64,000 bases of DNA from Candidatus Rifleibacteriota bacterium (GCA_015233155.1 JADFYG010000002.1:110734-174733); one strand, 5' to 3'; shown: positions 41,801-51,621, numbered from the stretch's first letter. Notes: a model not told the origin generated them from the letters alone. A program made the numbers and translations.

Positions 41801-41980
41801 TTCGGGTTTCCCAAAATGCAGGCCATGCTTTTTGCCCTGCTCGGGATAATTGATGATCCATGCGAGGAAACCGCCTTGCTCATAAAAGCTGTCCAGTCCG
41901 GAAAACTAAGCGGCGACAGCTCACAGGTTCCTCCCGTACTAAAAAACTTTCTTATTCATGTGAAAACGAAATTTTCCTGA
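38861..41980 (+). CDS. PKS/PUFA-synthase-like fusion: degenerate ketosynthase, dehydratase and PlsC-type acyltransferase
   Basis: EGLGMIALRRLEDAQRDGDNIYAV (KS); WILDHKP....PALP, HGP.F and PGMLDASLH (DH); ANHQIGLES and LVHVEGTR...PVIPV (acyltransferase). Confidence 0.75.
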   Translation: MNAMSVAIVGKSSLFSASLQRKTFWLNLLGIKGLISGLATGQWPFSDFISEKDLNKLKEFVMNSGIISSGGLPKDGFEIPSEILKMSDVIPILALFQAKQALEDTKSFSTRKFSPEKAGVIFGTLHDTALIKEYCIDHQHSIWTNALRKINCSEEQIKSVCEPVMQMLSDQGNDLSEESIVKKIEKKFANQFGFTICLARENAPIPGVTGLVWLAIRELRANKADLMIVGGIDCVNSVFSYLDGLTNSTSTQDKRYREGLGMIALRRLEDAQRDGDNIYAVMSATDASFITISEKPSVQCINPQPSTPVVESTKTESFPRESGSVASVVVQEQTFTFTDCLINGENGTREIPWTMNLSDNPWILDHKPNYVIPALPLMCTLDWMVRFLEKETGNKVIGVNKMEALRWVGFDQPSIHGSILYRQTESGSWRVDLKTDRNGEMIRAVAAELQIGAAFPINENKELSTLFSAEDQPLPYQTHEVSHGPCFHLMEQWKLGRNGASCDIRNTSQGVPLYSINPGMLDASLHGIPWTRLNRWFRDLPDGQTGFPISLENVRFFDRIPTEGMTHVETRLLFSKGVPRVQLWLFHNGACFATFRVAIFSLPLGRFGPLSPLKRRAFFRDNRYVTGASISETGSDQTHTDKNTLRNIDWLPNTLSRLYRVSGTSSDCYRQIIRAEHIAQFARLHPADIVCDSTGNSCRNLPFNPISVSVEESGEQLIARGTPASSLDWKKIRSSWVQTIGPRRFFHDLLGALLGTFVNRVVLQKPEEFNSVASRPVMYLANHQIGLESPLFMALSYAMTANTVQAIAKPDHVNAWLGFLLAFAKDSIGDNHPFQLLYFDRFKPQGLLESLKKEGSQKASLLVHVEGTRATEAGQPVTKLSSVFLDMAIAKNIPVIPVRFVGGLPPDKTSERLDFPFGNGKQDYFIGGPILPETLKKMPYGHRPKYVMDQINSMGPLNDEDVLLPPDKKFEDKTKFFMETFGFPKMQAMLFALLGIIDDPCEETALLIKAVQSGKLSGDSSQVPPVLKNFLIHVKTKFS

Positions 41981-41982
41981 TT

Positions 41983-43179
41983 CTATCGCCCTCTGTCTGA
42001 TTCTGAAGCCAAAGAATTACCAGGCGTATTACGGCGCAATGAATCATCACGAATCTTCAGATCAAGCATATTTGAGCCGCTCCCCTGGTTACTTTTCGTT
42101 CCTTCGCTCACGGAAGTCGTGCTTGCGGGTTCCGATTTTCCGGGCCATGGCGGAAGTTCAATCGAAGCGGATTTCGAGCTTGTAATATTCCGCACTGAAG
42201 CCGGCGTTACCGCGTGATCCACATGGTATTTATCAAGAGGCGCTTCGTATTCAAGATCGATATCCCTGCCATTACCGCCGAATCGACAGGAGAAGCGAAT
42301 TTTATGTTTCGAAGCGTCTTTTTTAGGATTAGGAGTCAGATAGGAAACGGTAAAATGACGTTCCTGGCGCATTCTCTGCACAATTTTCTGGTACAATCCC
42401 GCAAGATCTTTCGATGTCGGAGCAAAAAGATACCAGCCGTGAGTTTCACGGGTAAGTTCGAGCAATACTTTCTCATCTATAAGCGAACCCATGCCAACAC
42501 TGATTATTCTTACATTGCGCTTGCGGGCTGCAGTAATAACTTCGGACAGATTACGTGTAGACATCTGACGATTACCAACGGGAGTTTCGTCTTTGCCGTC
42601 GGTGAAAAGAACTATGGTTCTCAAATCGCGGGGATCGGTGTTTGCATACAGCATCTCGATTCCAAGATACAGTGCATCGTACAGTGAGGTTCCGCCCCAT
42701 GCCCGTATCGTCTCTACTGCGTGTGTCAGCTCTTTCTTCACGGTGGTGAAGTCCTGGTTGATTTCAACATCGCTGGCAAAAGAGATCACGGAGGTTTTTA
42801 CGTCTGATGGAAGTGATTCAAGGAACAGTGCAGCAGACCGACGAATATCACTGATCGAGTTTTCCAGACTCGAACTGCGATCCAGCAACAGAACCAATCC
42901 CTGTCTGGGAACGGCGCTGGCGATAATAATATTACTGATGGGTATGTCATCCTCGATAATATTGAATGTGCCGGATGTGATCTCAATCGGGGCGGTCGCC
43001 AGAATTTTTATTCGCAATGACATCAGCGGAAAATCGACTGTCAGCGGAGTGACTGTCACCCGCCCTGACAACGAGGCCAGTTCTTCGGAGCACGCCATTC
43101 CTTGAACAAAGAGAAAGCTCAATAAAACCAACAATGGCAACGCCGCTGAATAAGAAGGCCTGCCACTGATAAATTTCAT
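41983..43179 (-). CDS. Secreted VWA domain protein
   Basis: MIDAS LLLDRSSS, GGTSLYDAL and VLFTDGKD motifs; signal peptide. Confidence 0.88.
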   Translation of the reverse strand: MKFISGRPSYSAALPLLVLLSFLFVQGMACSEELASLSGRVTVTPLTVDFPLMSLRIKILATAPIEITSGTFNIIEDDIPISNIIIASAVPRQGLVLLLDRSSSLENSISDIRRSAALFLESLPSDVKTSVISFASDVEINQDFTTVKKELTHAVETIRAWGGTSLYDALYLGIEMLYANTDPRDLRTIVLFTDGKDETPVGNRQMSTRNLSEVITAARKRNVRIISVGMGSLIDEKVLLELTRETHGWYLFAPTSKDLAGLYQKIVQRMRQERHFTVSYLTPNPKKDASKHKIRFSCRFGGNGRDIDLEYEAPLDKYHVDHAVTPASVRNITSSKSASIELPPWPGKSEPASTTSVSEGTKSNQGSGSNMLDLKIRDDSLRRNTPGNSLASESDRGR

Positions 43180-43258
43180 AAAATTAACATTGCGCTGCCG
43201 TCTTTATTTTCTCAGGATGGGGTTGGCGTCGTTGTAAATCGTGCGAAAATTAGAATGA

Positions 43259-43810
43259 TCAGAGACGTTTTCCACAATGCTTGAATCCATGCTTTTTATT
43301 ATATTCGCGCAGATAGGCCAACTCATCTTCGAGTCCCTTCATCGCGGGAGTCTTTTCGGTCGCAGTCTTTTCGATACAATATAGTTTCCAGGCTTCCCCG
43401 CGATACCCCTTCTGTCTGACATACCATTCGGCACCATCGCCATCCTGGGAAATTGGAAATAACACGCAAAGATGTGGTTTATATTTCCACTTTGCGCCAT
43501 CTGCCTCTCCGGCTTTCTGCAGTATGCATCCTTCATTTGCAAAAATACACCAGCCATCGACCACTGCCATAGTGCGCCGATTCTCTTTTGTACGACCTGT
43601 CACGAAGCCTTGTGCCTCAAGAACTTCAACTGCATGTGGTCGCATGAGTGGCTTGAACTTGGCCAGATTGCGTTCTATAAGTGCAATTTCGTGACCATCC
43701 AGCCCGGGGCGGCCATTTTTACAACACACTCCACCGCACTCCGGAAAACAACACCGGAATTTAGCTTCACAAAGATTTACTACAAGAGAGTTTTCATTCG
43801 AAGTTGTCAT
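43259..43810 (-). CDS. YkgJ/DUF3109-like cysteine-cluster protein
   Basis: FRC...CGGVCC.NG, CIF...GCIL and KP..C.LFPI motifs. Confidence 0.75.
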   Translation of the reverse strand: MTTSNENSLVVNLCEAKFRCCFPECGGVCCKNGRPGLDGHEIALIERNLAKFKPLMRPHAVEVLEAQGFVTGRTKENRRTMAVVDGWCIFANEGCILQKAGEADGAKWKYKPHLCVLFPISQDGDGAEWYVRQKGYRGEAWKLYCIEKTATEKTPAMKGLEDELAYLREYNKKHGFKHCGKRL

Positions 43811-43923
43811 ACTGCCTTTCCCTCTTCAAGTGCGAATATATACGAAGAATGGTTGAAATATATCTCATTGAAACAAATTACATCTCGCCCGCACACATTG
43901 CGAGGCATGGTTAAAAGCTCTGT

Positions 43924-43985
43924 GGTCGGGCGCGACCGCCGGGCGCGCCGCTTCGCATTTCGGCATGCCCGACCATCATGCCCTA
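43924..43985 (+). repeat. REP-like dyad
   Basis: GGTCGGGCGCGACCGCCGGGCGCGCCGC followed by a degenerate inverted partner; related to 3823-3851. Confidence 0.55.
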
Positions 43986-44002
43986 TAATCATAGTTGCCA
44001 TA

Positions 44003-44533
44003 TCAGACAAAAATGGCTGCATTGCCGAGATGTTTGGTGAACATTACCAGATCATCACCTGGTCGGTAAAAATCAACCAGGCGTGCTTCTTCACGATATC
44101 CTATGCGCTTATAGAATTCGCGAGTAGAATCGTATTCAGGTTTACCGGATGTCTCGGCCAGTACAATCCGACCTCCGCGTTCATGAATACGCCGCTCGGC
44201 CCATCTCATGAGCGCTCGTCCAACACCTCCACGCTGCGCATCAGGATTGACAACGATCCAATACAAATCATAAGTTCCTTCAGTCAAAGGCCGCTCGCCA
44301 AAACAGACATATCCGGAGACGGACGACTTACTCCCACCATCAGGACACACGGCGACACCGAAAAAATAATCTTGCTGATCAGGTTTTTCGAGCGCTTCAT
44401 CGACCAACTCAATCGCCACATCGACTTCTTCAGGGGAAAAAAAGCCTGTCGCTTTGACAATTTCCCGGATAGGCTCACGATCGGAAGCATATAATTCGCG
44501 AATATGTACGGTATCGGAGAAAGGTGGTGTCAT
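44003..44533 (-). CDS. GNAT family N-acetyltransferase
   Basis: DLYWIVV.P..QRGGVGR.L and ETS...Y..TR.FY...GY motifs. Confidence 0.88.
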   Translation of the reverse strand: MTPPFSDTVHIRELYASDREPIREIVKATGFFSPEEVDVAIELVDEALEKPDQQDYFFGVAVCPDGGSKSSVSGYVCFGERPLTEGTYDLYWIVVNPDAQRGGVGRALMRWAERRIHERGGRIVLAETSGKPEYDSTREFYKRIGYREEARLVDFYRPGDDLVMFTKHLGNAAIFV

Positions 44534-44550
44534 ATAGTCTTACAATCCTT

Positions 44551-45141
44551 CTATATTTTCTGCTGATTGAGTTTGCTTAGTAAATTCCATCCCCGGGGAA
44601 TAATGAGAGCTGCAATAATCAGTTTTACTAAATCGCCCGGAATGAATGGAATCAAACCAGCACTCATTACGCATTTCCAGCCTGTGAACTTTGCAAGCCA
44701 CGGCAATCCGAAAACATATATGGCGATATTGCCGAAGAGCATTGCCGCGGCGGTTGTAGTGCAGCGCCGATCCCATCCCATCTCCGCGAAAGCTCCAGTA
44801 ATCCACGCAGCAGCTACCATCCCAATAAGATAACCCCCCGTTGGTCCCATCAGGTGAGCAAAACCAGCCGCTCCCCCAGCAAAAACCGGAAGTCCCAGGC
44901 AGCCTTCCGCAATATACATTATGAGGCTGGCCGCTCCCCTTTCTTTGCCGAGAAGTATTCCGACAAGTAGCACACCAAAGGTTTGTCCTGTGACAGAAAC
45001 AGGCACAAAAGGAATTTCCAGTCGGGCACTGAGAGCGACAATGATACTTCCCAGAATGATAAGGGCAATGTCTCTCACCAACCCTCTTGATGCCGGGAAG
45101 ACGTCTGCAAAAACCGGAAAAGACAAAGATTTCGTATTCAT
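44551..45141 (-). CDS. bioY: Biotin transporter BioY
   Basis: VP.T.QTFGV, GLPVFAGG, GPTGGYL.G and PFIPGD..K motifs. Confidence 0.93.
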   Translation of the reverse strand: MNTKSLSFPVFADVFPASRGLVRDIALIILGSIIVALSARLEIPFVPVSVTGQTFGVLLVGILLGKERGAASLIMYIAEGCLGLPVFAGGAAGFAHLMGPTGGYLIGMVAAAWITGAFAEMGWDRRCTTTAAAMLFGNIAIYVFGLPWLAKFTGWKCVMSAGLIPFIPGDLVKLIIAALIIPRGWNLLSKLNQQKI

Positions 45142-45259
45142 AATTCACCCCCGAAAGTCACTAAAATAAGTCTCCACAGGATAACACAGAAATCGGTCTG
45201 AGAGACGTTGTCTTTGAATCAATATTTAGGCCGACATGCCATTTTATTCCGAATGGTGG

Positions 45260-45778
45260 TCAGTGAATTTTAGACGCCGGGAAAACATTCATGCGCTTGA
45301 GTTTTTGTGACAGATCTAGTTCGAATTCAATCTTCAGATCGTTTATATCGAAAAAAAGTATAATCTCGACCTCATCTTCATCGATCTTTTGAGGGTCGCC
45401 GAGAAAGGCAACCAGATCGTTTTTTGCAGAATTTTTTGAAAGAATGATTGTTTTTCCATCAGCGTCAACCAATGTTGTCTGAGCCTCGGCAAAGCCTTCT
45501 TTGGCATCATCCTGAATGATGAATGCAAAAAAATCTATTTTTTGATCGTCCAGTTCGACGATCAAACCATGACGAAGATAATGGAAGGTCTTATCATATA
45601 TTGGCATTTCATTGTCGGGCTTGCCGAATATCTCGAGTGCCTCGAAGGAATGTCCGAACGTCATGCCGTTCAATGTCTTATCAGCAAGGCTGAACTTCAG
45701 AGATTTACGTGGCATGGCAGGCCAGTTGCGCGTTGGATCCGACTTGAAAAACTCAATGATTCGTTTAAGAAAACTCAT
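45260..45778 (-). CDS. Hypothetical protein
   Basis: 172-aa ORF co-oriented with neighbours; no recognisable motif. Confidence 0.6.
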   Translation of the reverse strand: MSFLKRIIEFFKSDPTRNWPAMPRKSLKFSLADKTLNGMTFGHSFEALEIFGKPDNEMPIYDKTFHYLRHGLIVELDDQKIDFFAFIIQDDAKEGFAEAQTTLVDADGKTIILSKNSAKNDLVAFLGDPQKIDEDEVEIILFFDINDLKIEFELDLSQKLKRMNVFPASKIH

Positions 45779-45903
45779 TTTTTATGCCTTTACAAACGAT
45801 AAAAATGTCTATCTTTGTTTTGAAAATATCGAAAGCATGTTGCTGAAAATCAAATTTGGCTTTCCCGGACAGATGCATTGCCGATGTCTGGCAATAGCGA
45901 AAC

Positions 45904-48786
45904 TCATATACTGGATTCTTCAGAAGACAGTGCCTCAGAACCAGGCTCCGGAGAGACATCGTCATCGCGCACCCAAAGAAAGCCATTCGGCAAGGCTTCC
46001 CCAAATGATTCGGCGATTTCAGACTCTTCAAGTCTCCGAATATTGTGAAGCGGAGCGAGAAACTCTTTTTTTCGGTTATTACGCTTGAGCTGTTCGATGA
46101 TTCGACGTCGCGTCTGCTCGTCTATTTGTACCAGAAGATCTCCGACCTTGCGACCAAGTTCTTTCAGCGCCCAATCAAGATATGAGATGTTTGCCGCCCC
46201 GTGTTTTATCAATTCTACCGCCCAGTTCTGACATACTGTGCGGCTCACCAGCAACGTATGGTCAGCATACGACAATTCGCGAGCGCCGAGCCGTCCCAAA
46301 GCATATAGAGCGACTGTATCGCGACTGAACGTAGGCGGAGCTTTTGTTATCCAGGTGCCGAGTCGTTCTTTTTCGGAAACAGGAAGACGCTCGAGATGCC
46401 CAAGCAATCTCCACAGATGATTCCGCTCATGTTGCTCGACCTTGCGTACTCCTTTTTCAATACGTTTGGGAGGAAACAATGTCGATTCTATGCGTTCGAG
46501 AAGACCTCGCTGACGATCTGCCGATAAGCCGGCTGCCACACGTTTCCAGAGAATCCACCATTCCGACCAGAACTCCGTGTTCGATGAATCGAAAGAAATG
46601 GCGGTCATAAGCGCCCATAGACGATCCAGGCGTTCATCGTCAGTGACCGTGCCAAACCCGGGACGCGCACAAAAACCCAGTATGCGAAACCAGACAATAC
46701 GCGCCTCGTCCACGGTGTTAAATCTTTCATCATTGATGAACATGTCAAACAAAGCGCGTAATGTTGACAGCTCCCAGTCTTTGCGCGATACTTGGAGAAT
46801 CTCTTCAATTCGCTTGAAAACCAGATTAAAGGAAACAGGATCTTCCGCATTTTCGACGAACAATGAGTCGCAAAGTTTTTTAACTTGTGCAGCTTCACGC
46901 TTTGTCAAAGGTTGCCGGGTTTTGCGTTGCTGTTTTTTGCCAACAGCTTCATCACCAACCGCGACCTTGCTTTCGCTTCTGGAAGCAGCTTCACGCGCCG
47001 AGTCACCAATAGCGAATGCCAGCTCCCGTTGAAATTTTCCCTCTAATGCTTTGCAGGTAATCTCTAAATAGCCTGTCTCGCGCAGTTTTACGAACAGGTT
47101 TACCTGTTCGATCGCCGTCTCGCTCTTTGAAACATTTTTCTCGGCACGCATGAATAACGGTGGAAGTGATTTATGACGACGTCCATTATAACGCGCCGTT
47201 TCACCCACTTTTTCGCCTGTTGATGACACACTGTAATACAAGTAAAATGCTGAATCACGTCCGCGGTCGAAACCGAAACTTTTGCCCTCTACATGCTCCT
47301 CCCGCTCGCTCTCGGCGCCCTTCGGAAGAAGACAAAGAACCTGTTCGGGCACATGACGCACAGGGGTTGAACTCCTGGCAGTACCGATACCGAGATACAG
47401 GGAAACAGGATTCCCGCTTTGTATACGTTCTCCCAGACCGTGTCTCGCCATTCCAAACGCCACTGCGCCGGCAGCTACCGCAAGTGTCGGATGCGGATTA
47501 TCAAGGACCGTTGGAGTCTTCCCACCGCGCCATGCGGTTATCTGATCTATCAGTCTGCGACGCAAAGCAGGCGCATTCATGGTGCCACCGTTGAACAACA
47601 CGGCATCGGGCATAATACCATTATCCGCAAGAAACGCCGCAAGATGTCGGGTGACAGCCGGATCACGCGAGTAGGGCAGGCCCGCCTCAGACAGGCCGAA
47701 TGCACCTTCTTCCATGGGCCTGGTTTCGAAAGGCGTGATAGGAAAAAAGCCTTCCAGTAAGGTATTACGGGTTTCCCTGGAGCCCAATTTTTCTTTCAAT
47801 GTGCCCGCCAAAACAGAACTTCCGGCTCCGGAAAGCGTGAATGTCAGCGTATCGTCGCTATCATCAGCAAGCAGTCGCTCTTTCGCCACCTTGCTTTGCC
47901 CAAGCAGTGCGAGCCATTGGCGCGTAAGAAGTCGCTTATTTCGGTGTTTGAGCCGTGTTTCAACTTCACGAGCCACTGCCAGATCCAGATTATCGCCACC
48001 TATAAGTAAATGTGGGCCAACAGCAAGACGTGTAAATGTAAACTTGTCGTTATTCTTTTGTAACTCAGCTGCGGGAGGGGTTATCCCTATCAGAGAAAAA
48101 TCCGTGGTTCCGCCGCCGATATCTATTACAAGAACTGTTTTAACATTATCAAGGTCTGTTTTGAGAGTTTTCGCCCGACGCACAAGAAAATCATAAAAAG
48201 CAGCCTGAGGCTCTTCCAGCAAAGTCACATCAGGAATCCCCGCCGCCGTGATTGCTTCGATGGTCAAATTGCGCGCGGCGGGGTCAAATGACGCCGGAAC
48301 AGTTATTACGATGTCCTGCTTGCTGAACTCAGCATCCGGGGATAGCGGAAGCATCACGTGATTCCAGGCTTGAACTAAATGTCGTAAGAGAAATGCGCCT
48401 GCCGCGACTGGTGACAATTTCTCGGATACCGTATCGCTTTGCCACGGCAAAATTGAAGCTGTACGATCAATGCGTGGATGAGACAGCCATGATTTAGCGC
48501 TATGGATGAGACGTGACGGAACAGAAGCACCCAATTCCCGGGCAGCTTCTCCAATTATCGGACCAAAATTCCAGGGGGTATCAGGTAAAACCAGATTTTC
48601 TTCGGGAAGATACAAAAGTGAGGGAAGTGTTGGCAAAGCCGCTGTCTCGCGAGGTGAAACAAATTGTGGAATCTTCAGAAAACGAACGCCTGCCTCTGGT
48701 TCCTCGACATCGATCCAGGCAAGCGCTGATTGAGTGGTGCCAAGATCGATGCCGATCAGATAACGCACATGTTTTCGTTTAGTCAT
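45904..48786 (-). CDS. Hsp70 family protein with a DUF3731-like C-terminal domain
   Basis: GIDLGTT, ITVPASFD, LEEPQAAFY, DIGGGTTD and LFNGG motifs; W-rich C-terminus (GFCARPGFG, EWWILWKRVAAGL). Confidence 0.88.
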   Translation of the reverse strand: MTKRKHVRYLIGIDLGTTQSALAWIDVEEPEAGVRFLKIPQFVSPRETAALPTLPSLLYLPEENLVLPDTPWNFGPIIGEAARELGASVPSRLIHSAKSWLSHPRIDRTASILPWQSDTVSEKLSPVAAGAFLLRHLVQAWNHVMLPLSPDAEFSKQDIVITVPASFDPAARNLTIEAITAAGIPDVTLLEEPQAAFYDFLVRRAKTLKTDLDNVKTVLVIDIGGGTTDFSLIGITPPAAELQKNNDKFTFTRLAVGPHLLIGGDNLDLAVAREVETRLKHRNKRLLTRQWLALLGQSKVAKERLLADDSDDTLTFTLSGAGSSVLAGTLKEKLGSRETRNTLLEGFFPITPFETRPMEEGAFGLSEAGLPYSRDPAVTRHLAAFLADNGIMPDAVLFNGGTMNAPALRRRLIDQITAWRGGKTPTVLDNPHPTLAVAAGAVAFGMARHGLGERIQSGNPVSLYLGIGTARSSTPVRHVPEQVLCLLPKGAESEREEHVEGKSFGFDRGRDSAFYLYYSVSSTGEKVGETARYNGRRHKSLPPLFMRAEKNVSKSETAIEQVNLFVKLRETGYLEITCKALEGKFQRELAFAIGDSAREAASRSESKVAVGDEAVGKKQQRKTRQPLTKREAAQVKKLCDSLFVENAEDPVSFNLVFKRIEEILQVSRKDWELSTLRALFDMFINDERFNTVDEARIVWFRILGFCARPGFGTVTDDERLDRLWALMTAISFDSSNTEFWSEWWILWKRVAAGLSADRQRGLLERIESTLFPPKRIEKGVRKVEQHERNHLWRLLGHLERLPVSEKERLGTWITKAPPTFSRDTVALYALGRLGARELSYADHTLLVSRTVCQNWAVELIKHGAANISYLDWALKELGRKVGDLLVQIDEQTRRRIIEQLKRNNRKKEFLAPLHNIRRLEESEIAESFGEALPNGFLWVRDDDVSPEPGSEALSSEESSI

Positions 48787-48808
48787 ACCGGGAAACTGAT
48801 TTTTGGTT

Positions 48809-50635
48809 TTATTTTATAGCCTCACGAACATTAAATTCCAATTTCCAGCGACCATCGCCTCCGACTTCCCGGCACCAGATCTCAAGTGTCCCGATTTCAG
48901 TAATGGCAACCTGTAATGTGACGCTCACGGGCGTTCCCGGAGTAACTCCTTCGCGGGCAGGGAGATCCAGCTTCAGGCTGCTGGTCTCCTCCATGTCGCT
49001 GCTCAAATCATCAAGTAATTGTCCGGGTTTGTCGTCACGGCGTGCGTTGGCCTTGAAAAACTTGAATTCGACAGGACGTCCTACCATGAGACTGAAACTG
49101 CGATTCTCTATATCCGCAATAGAACCCTCTTCCATGCCTTGTGCCGCTACGCACAACGCTTTGAGTGGCGGAGTCATTCCCGGGATGGCTGGAAGTGCTG
49201 ACTCGATGCCGATATAATATGACTGGGAGACGCCTCCGCGAATCCGGATGCCTTTCCCGCAACGCGCCAGACCAAATGCCGTCGCTCCTACCGCAACGGC
49301 GCGAGTAAGATCCATGCCTTCAAGCACCTTGATTGCGGGTTTTCCCGCTTCCTTCAGCCATGAGTTTACAACCTCGATCAGACGATCGCGGAAGGGCTGG
49401 GAGAGAAAAACACCACCATTGAACAGTATCGCTTTCGGATAGCGGAATGCATCACCGGAAGGGAGTGCATTATCGCTAGTTGATGACTGATTTTTTTCGC
49501 CGCCCTGAGCCGAAAGAAATTTGGCCAAATGCCGTGTAATTGCAGGATCAGCCGCGTAGGCAAGATTAACTTCCCGAAAACCCGCACCAGTGTCTTCCCG
49601 GGGGAAATCGGACATTTTGCATGGTGGAAAGAAGCCATCGATCAGGATCGACTCAATATCTTTGCGATCAAGAGTGGTTTTCATCGTTCCGCCGATTACT
49701 GAGCTGCCGCGCCCGGAAATAACCAGCGGCTCGGATTTGAGTTCCGGGTTGTTCAGTAAATTCTCTTTGGCTTTTCTACAGGCATGACTTAGTACAAGAG
49801 TTTGCCATGTGTCGATTTTCTTCTTAGCGGCTTCGAGTTTGCTTTTTGCGTGAAATGCGAGCGTGAGATCCATGTTGTCGCCGCCGAGAAGAATGTGATT
49901 GCCTACCGCTACTCGCTTAAGTGCAAGGTCACCATTTTCTTCCTCTATCGCAATCAGGGAAAAATCAGTCGTTCCCCCTCCGACGTCGACGACCAGTACA
50001 ACGTCGCCCTTCTTTATCTGATCGCGCCATGGAGCTTCAGACTGGGTTATCCAGGAGTAAAAAGCGGCCTGAGGTTCTTCAAGCAGTGTGACATCAGACA
50101 AACCGGACTGCTTTGCCGCTTCGACGATCAAATCACGTGCAGCCGCATCGAATGAGGCTGGAATCGTTATAATGACCTGCTGGTCTTCGAGTTTGTGTTT
50201 GTTTTTATGGTTCCAGGAGGCACGGGCATGTGCGAGATATTCGCTCATTGCTTCCAGGGGCGAGATTTTTTTGGTTCCTTCCGGGGCATTCCAGGGTAGA
50301 ATCGGATCGCGTCGGTTGACGCGCGGATTGCATAACCATGATTTTGCAGAACTGATTAATCGCGCTGGAACTTCGGCACCGCGTTCCCTGGCATACTCGC
50401 CAACGATGAATGGACTTTCTCTTTTCCAGGGGAGGGCAGCTTTTTCCTGAAGGCGTTCGAATAAAAATGAAGGTAGAATATCGCGCTCTTCAACGCTTCC
50501 CTGAGCGAATTCCTGGATTAGTGGAAAAACTTTTATTTCAGGCTTCTTGTCTTCGGCCGCCGAAATAGTAGTGTGTGTAACTACCGTGTTGGTTGTTCCG
50601 AGATCGATTCCAACAATGCTTTTTGCCTGACTCAT
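48809..50635 (-). CDS. Hsp70 family protein (atypical DnaK-like)
   Basis: GIDLGTTN, PASFD, EEPQAA, DVGGGTTD and GGDNMD motifs. Confidence 0.9.
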   Translation of the reverse strand: MSQAKSIVGIDLGTTNTVVTHTTISAAEDKKPEIKVFPLIQEFAQGSVEERDILPSFLFERLQEKAALPWKRESPFIVGEYARERGAEVPARLISSAKSWLCNPRVNRRDPILPWNAPEGTKKISPLEAMSEYLAHARASWNHKNKHKLEDQQVIITIPASFDAAARDLIVEAAKQSGLSDVTLLEEPQAAFYSWITQSEAPWRDQIKKGDVVLVVDVGGGTTDFSLIAIEEENGDLALKRVAVGNHILLGGDNMDLTLAFHAKSKLEAAKKKIDTWQTLVLSHACRKAKENLLNNPELKSEPLVISGRGSSVIGGTMKTTLDRKDIESILIDGFFPPCKMSDFPREDTGAGFREVNLAYAADPAITRHLAKFLSAQGGEKNQSSTSDNALPSGDAFRYPKAILFNGGVFLSQPFRDRLIEVVNSWLKEAGKPAIKVLEGMDLTRAVAVGATAFGLARCGKGIRIRGGVSQSYYIGIESALPAIPGMTPPLKALCVAAQGMEEGSIADIENRSFSLMVGRPVEFKFFKANARRDDKPGQLLDDLSSDMEETSSLKLDLPAREGVTPGTPVSVTLQVAITEIGTLEIWCREVGGDGRWKLEFNVREAIK

Positions 50636-51348
50636 GCTATCTCGACCTCAGCGGGAGCAATAACGCGACCTTCCCAACCTGAAACGAGTTCCGGAAGTTT
50701 ACACTCCCTCAGGCGCCATCCGCGATGAACGAGTGTTCCACGATATGGTCCCGTGGGAGCCACATTTCCGGTAAGTTTTATGGCATGCTGATCAATGCTT
50801 GTTCCCAGATCGACTGTTTCTCCTTCGGGCGCTTCGATTATGTGCTCGATTATCAGCCGGTCCTGGAGTATTTTTTTGAGATCAGCATGAATCGGACGAA
50901 TGGCCCCCCCAAGCTCTTCATCCTGGAAAGGCGTGATGTCTTCCATCAGGAAATCGAGCAAACGCCCCTCCTTCTGCAATAAATACAGGATCTGCAATGC
51001 TATGGCGGGTGGCGCGCCGGAGTCGCTGGAAGGAACAGGTTTGGGCTCCGGTTTAGGCTCGGGCTTCGGAGTCTCTGGAGCGGGCACCGGCATCGGTTGT
51101 GGAGGAGGGGCAGGCAACGTTACTGACGCTTTAGCGCACGGTTCGTCCATCGAAAGCAAACTGGCAATGGAAGTGAACAGAGCCGCAAAGAAAAAAAGAC
51201 TGATTCCTATTGTCAGATTAATCTTATTGATCTCAATCAAAAAGAGAAGCAATTTTGCTGATGGGGCTTTGTGCAAAATTGCAGCAGTACCTGAAATGAT
51301 AATGGTTGAACCTGCGAGGGTAAGCAGGGCCATGAACTTTTTCAGCAT
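50632..51348 (-). CDS. DUF2760 domain membrane protein
   Basis: TM helices, Pro-rich linker, LQKEGRLLDFLMED, LTGNV...GPY.G.LVHRGW and IAPAEVE motifs; ATGA overlap with the Hsp70 gene. Confidence 0.8.
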   Translation of the reverse strand: MLKKFMALLTLAGSTIIISGTAAILHKAPSAKLLLFLIEINKINLTIGISLFFFAALFTSIASLLSMDEPCAKASVTLPAPPPQPMPVPAPETPKPEPKPEPKPVPSSDSGAPPAIALQILYLLQKEGRLLDFLMEDITPFQDEELGGAIRPIHADLKKILQDRLIIEHIIEAPEGETVDLGTSIDQHAIKLTGNVAPTGPYRGTLVHRGWRLRECKLPELVSGWEGRVIAPAEVEIA

Positions 51349-51451
51349 CGCTGACCTCGTTTTTTATACAATTTGAAGCATGTTAGTATGATGGAAAGTC
51401 TTTATGCAAGTCAAGAGGTCTTCGAATCGAAAAAACTTGTCGCTCAAGGGC

Positions 51452-51480
51452 TTGCGTTATTTTGGTCTGTCCGGTAAGCT
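51452..51480 (+). promoter_or_regulatory. Putative sigma70 promoter of the EndoU gene
   Basis: TTGCGT-17 nt-TAAGCT in the divergent intergenic region. Confidence 0.4.
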
Positions 51481-51621
51481 TATCAAAGTATATTTCTTCT
51501 AAGCATGAAGAAATTGTATTTATTATTGAGTATTGCGTAGATGTTCGTTCCTGGAAATCTCGTTTAAAAACCTAAGTTGTTCGTGTGTTTTCACACATTT
51601 TGTATCAAGTAGGGAGTAAAA

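Noticed and set aside
43472-44494. 340-aa plus-strand ORF
   Set aside because: Antisense to two well-supported minus-strand genes and spans a REP-like repeat; no motif.
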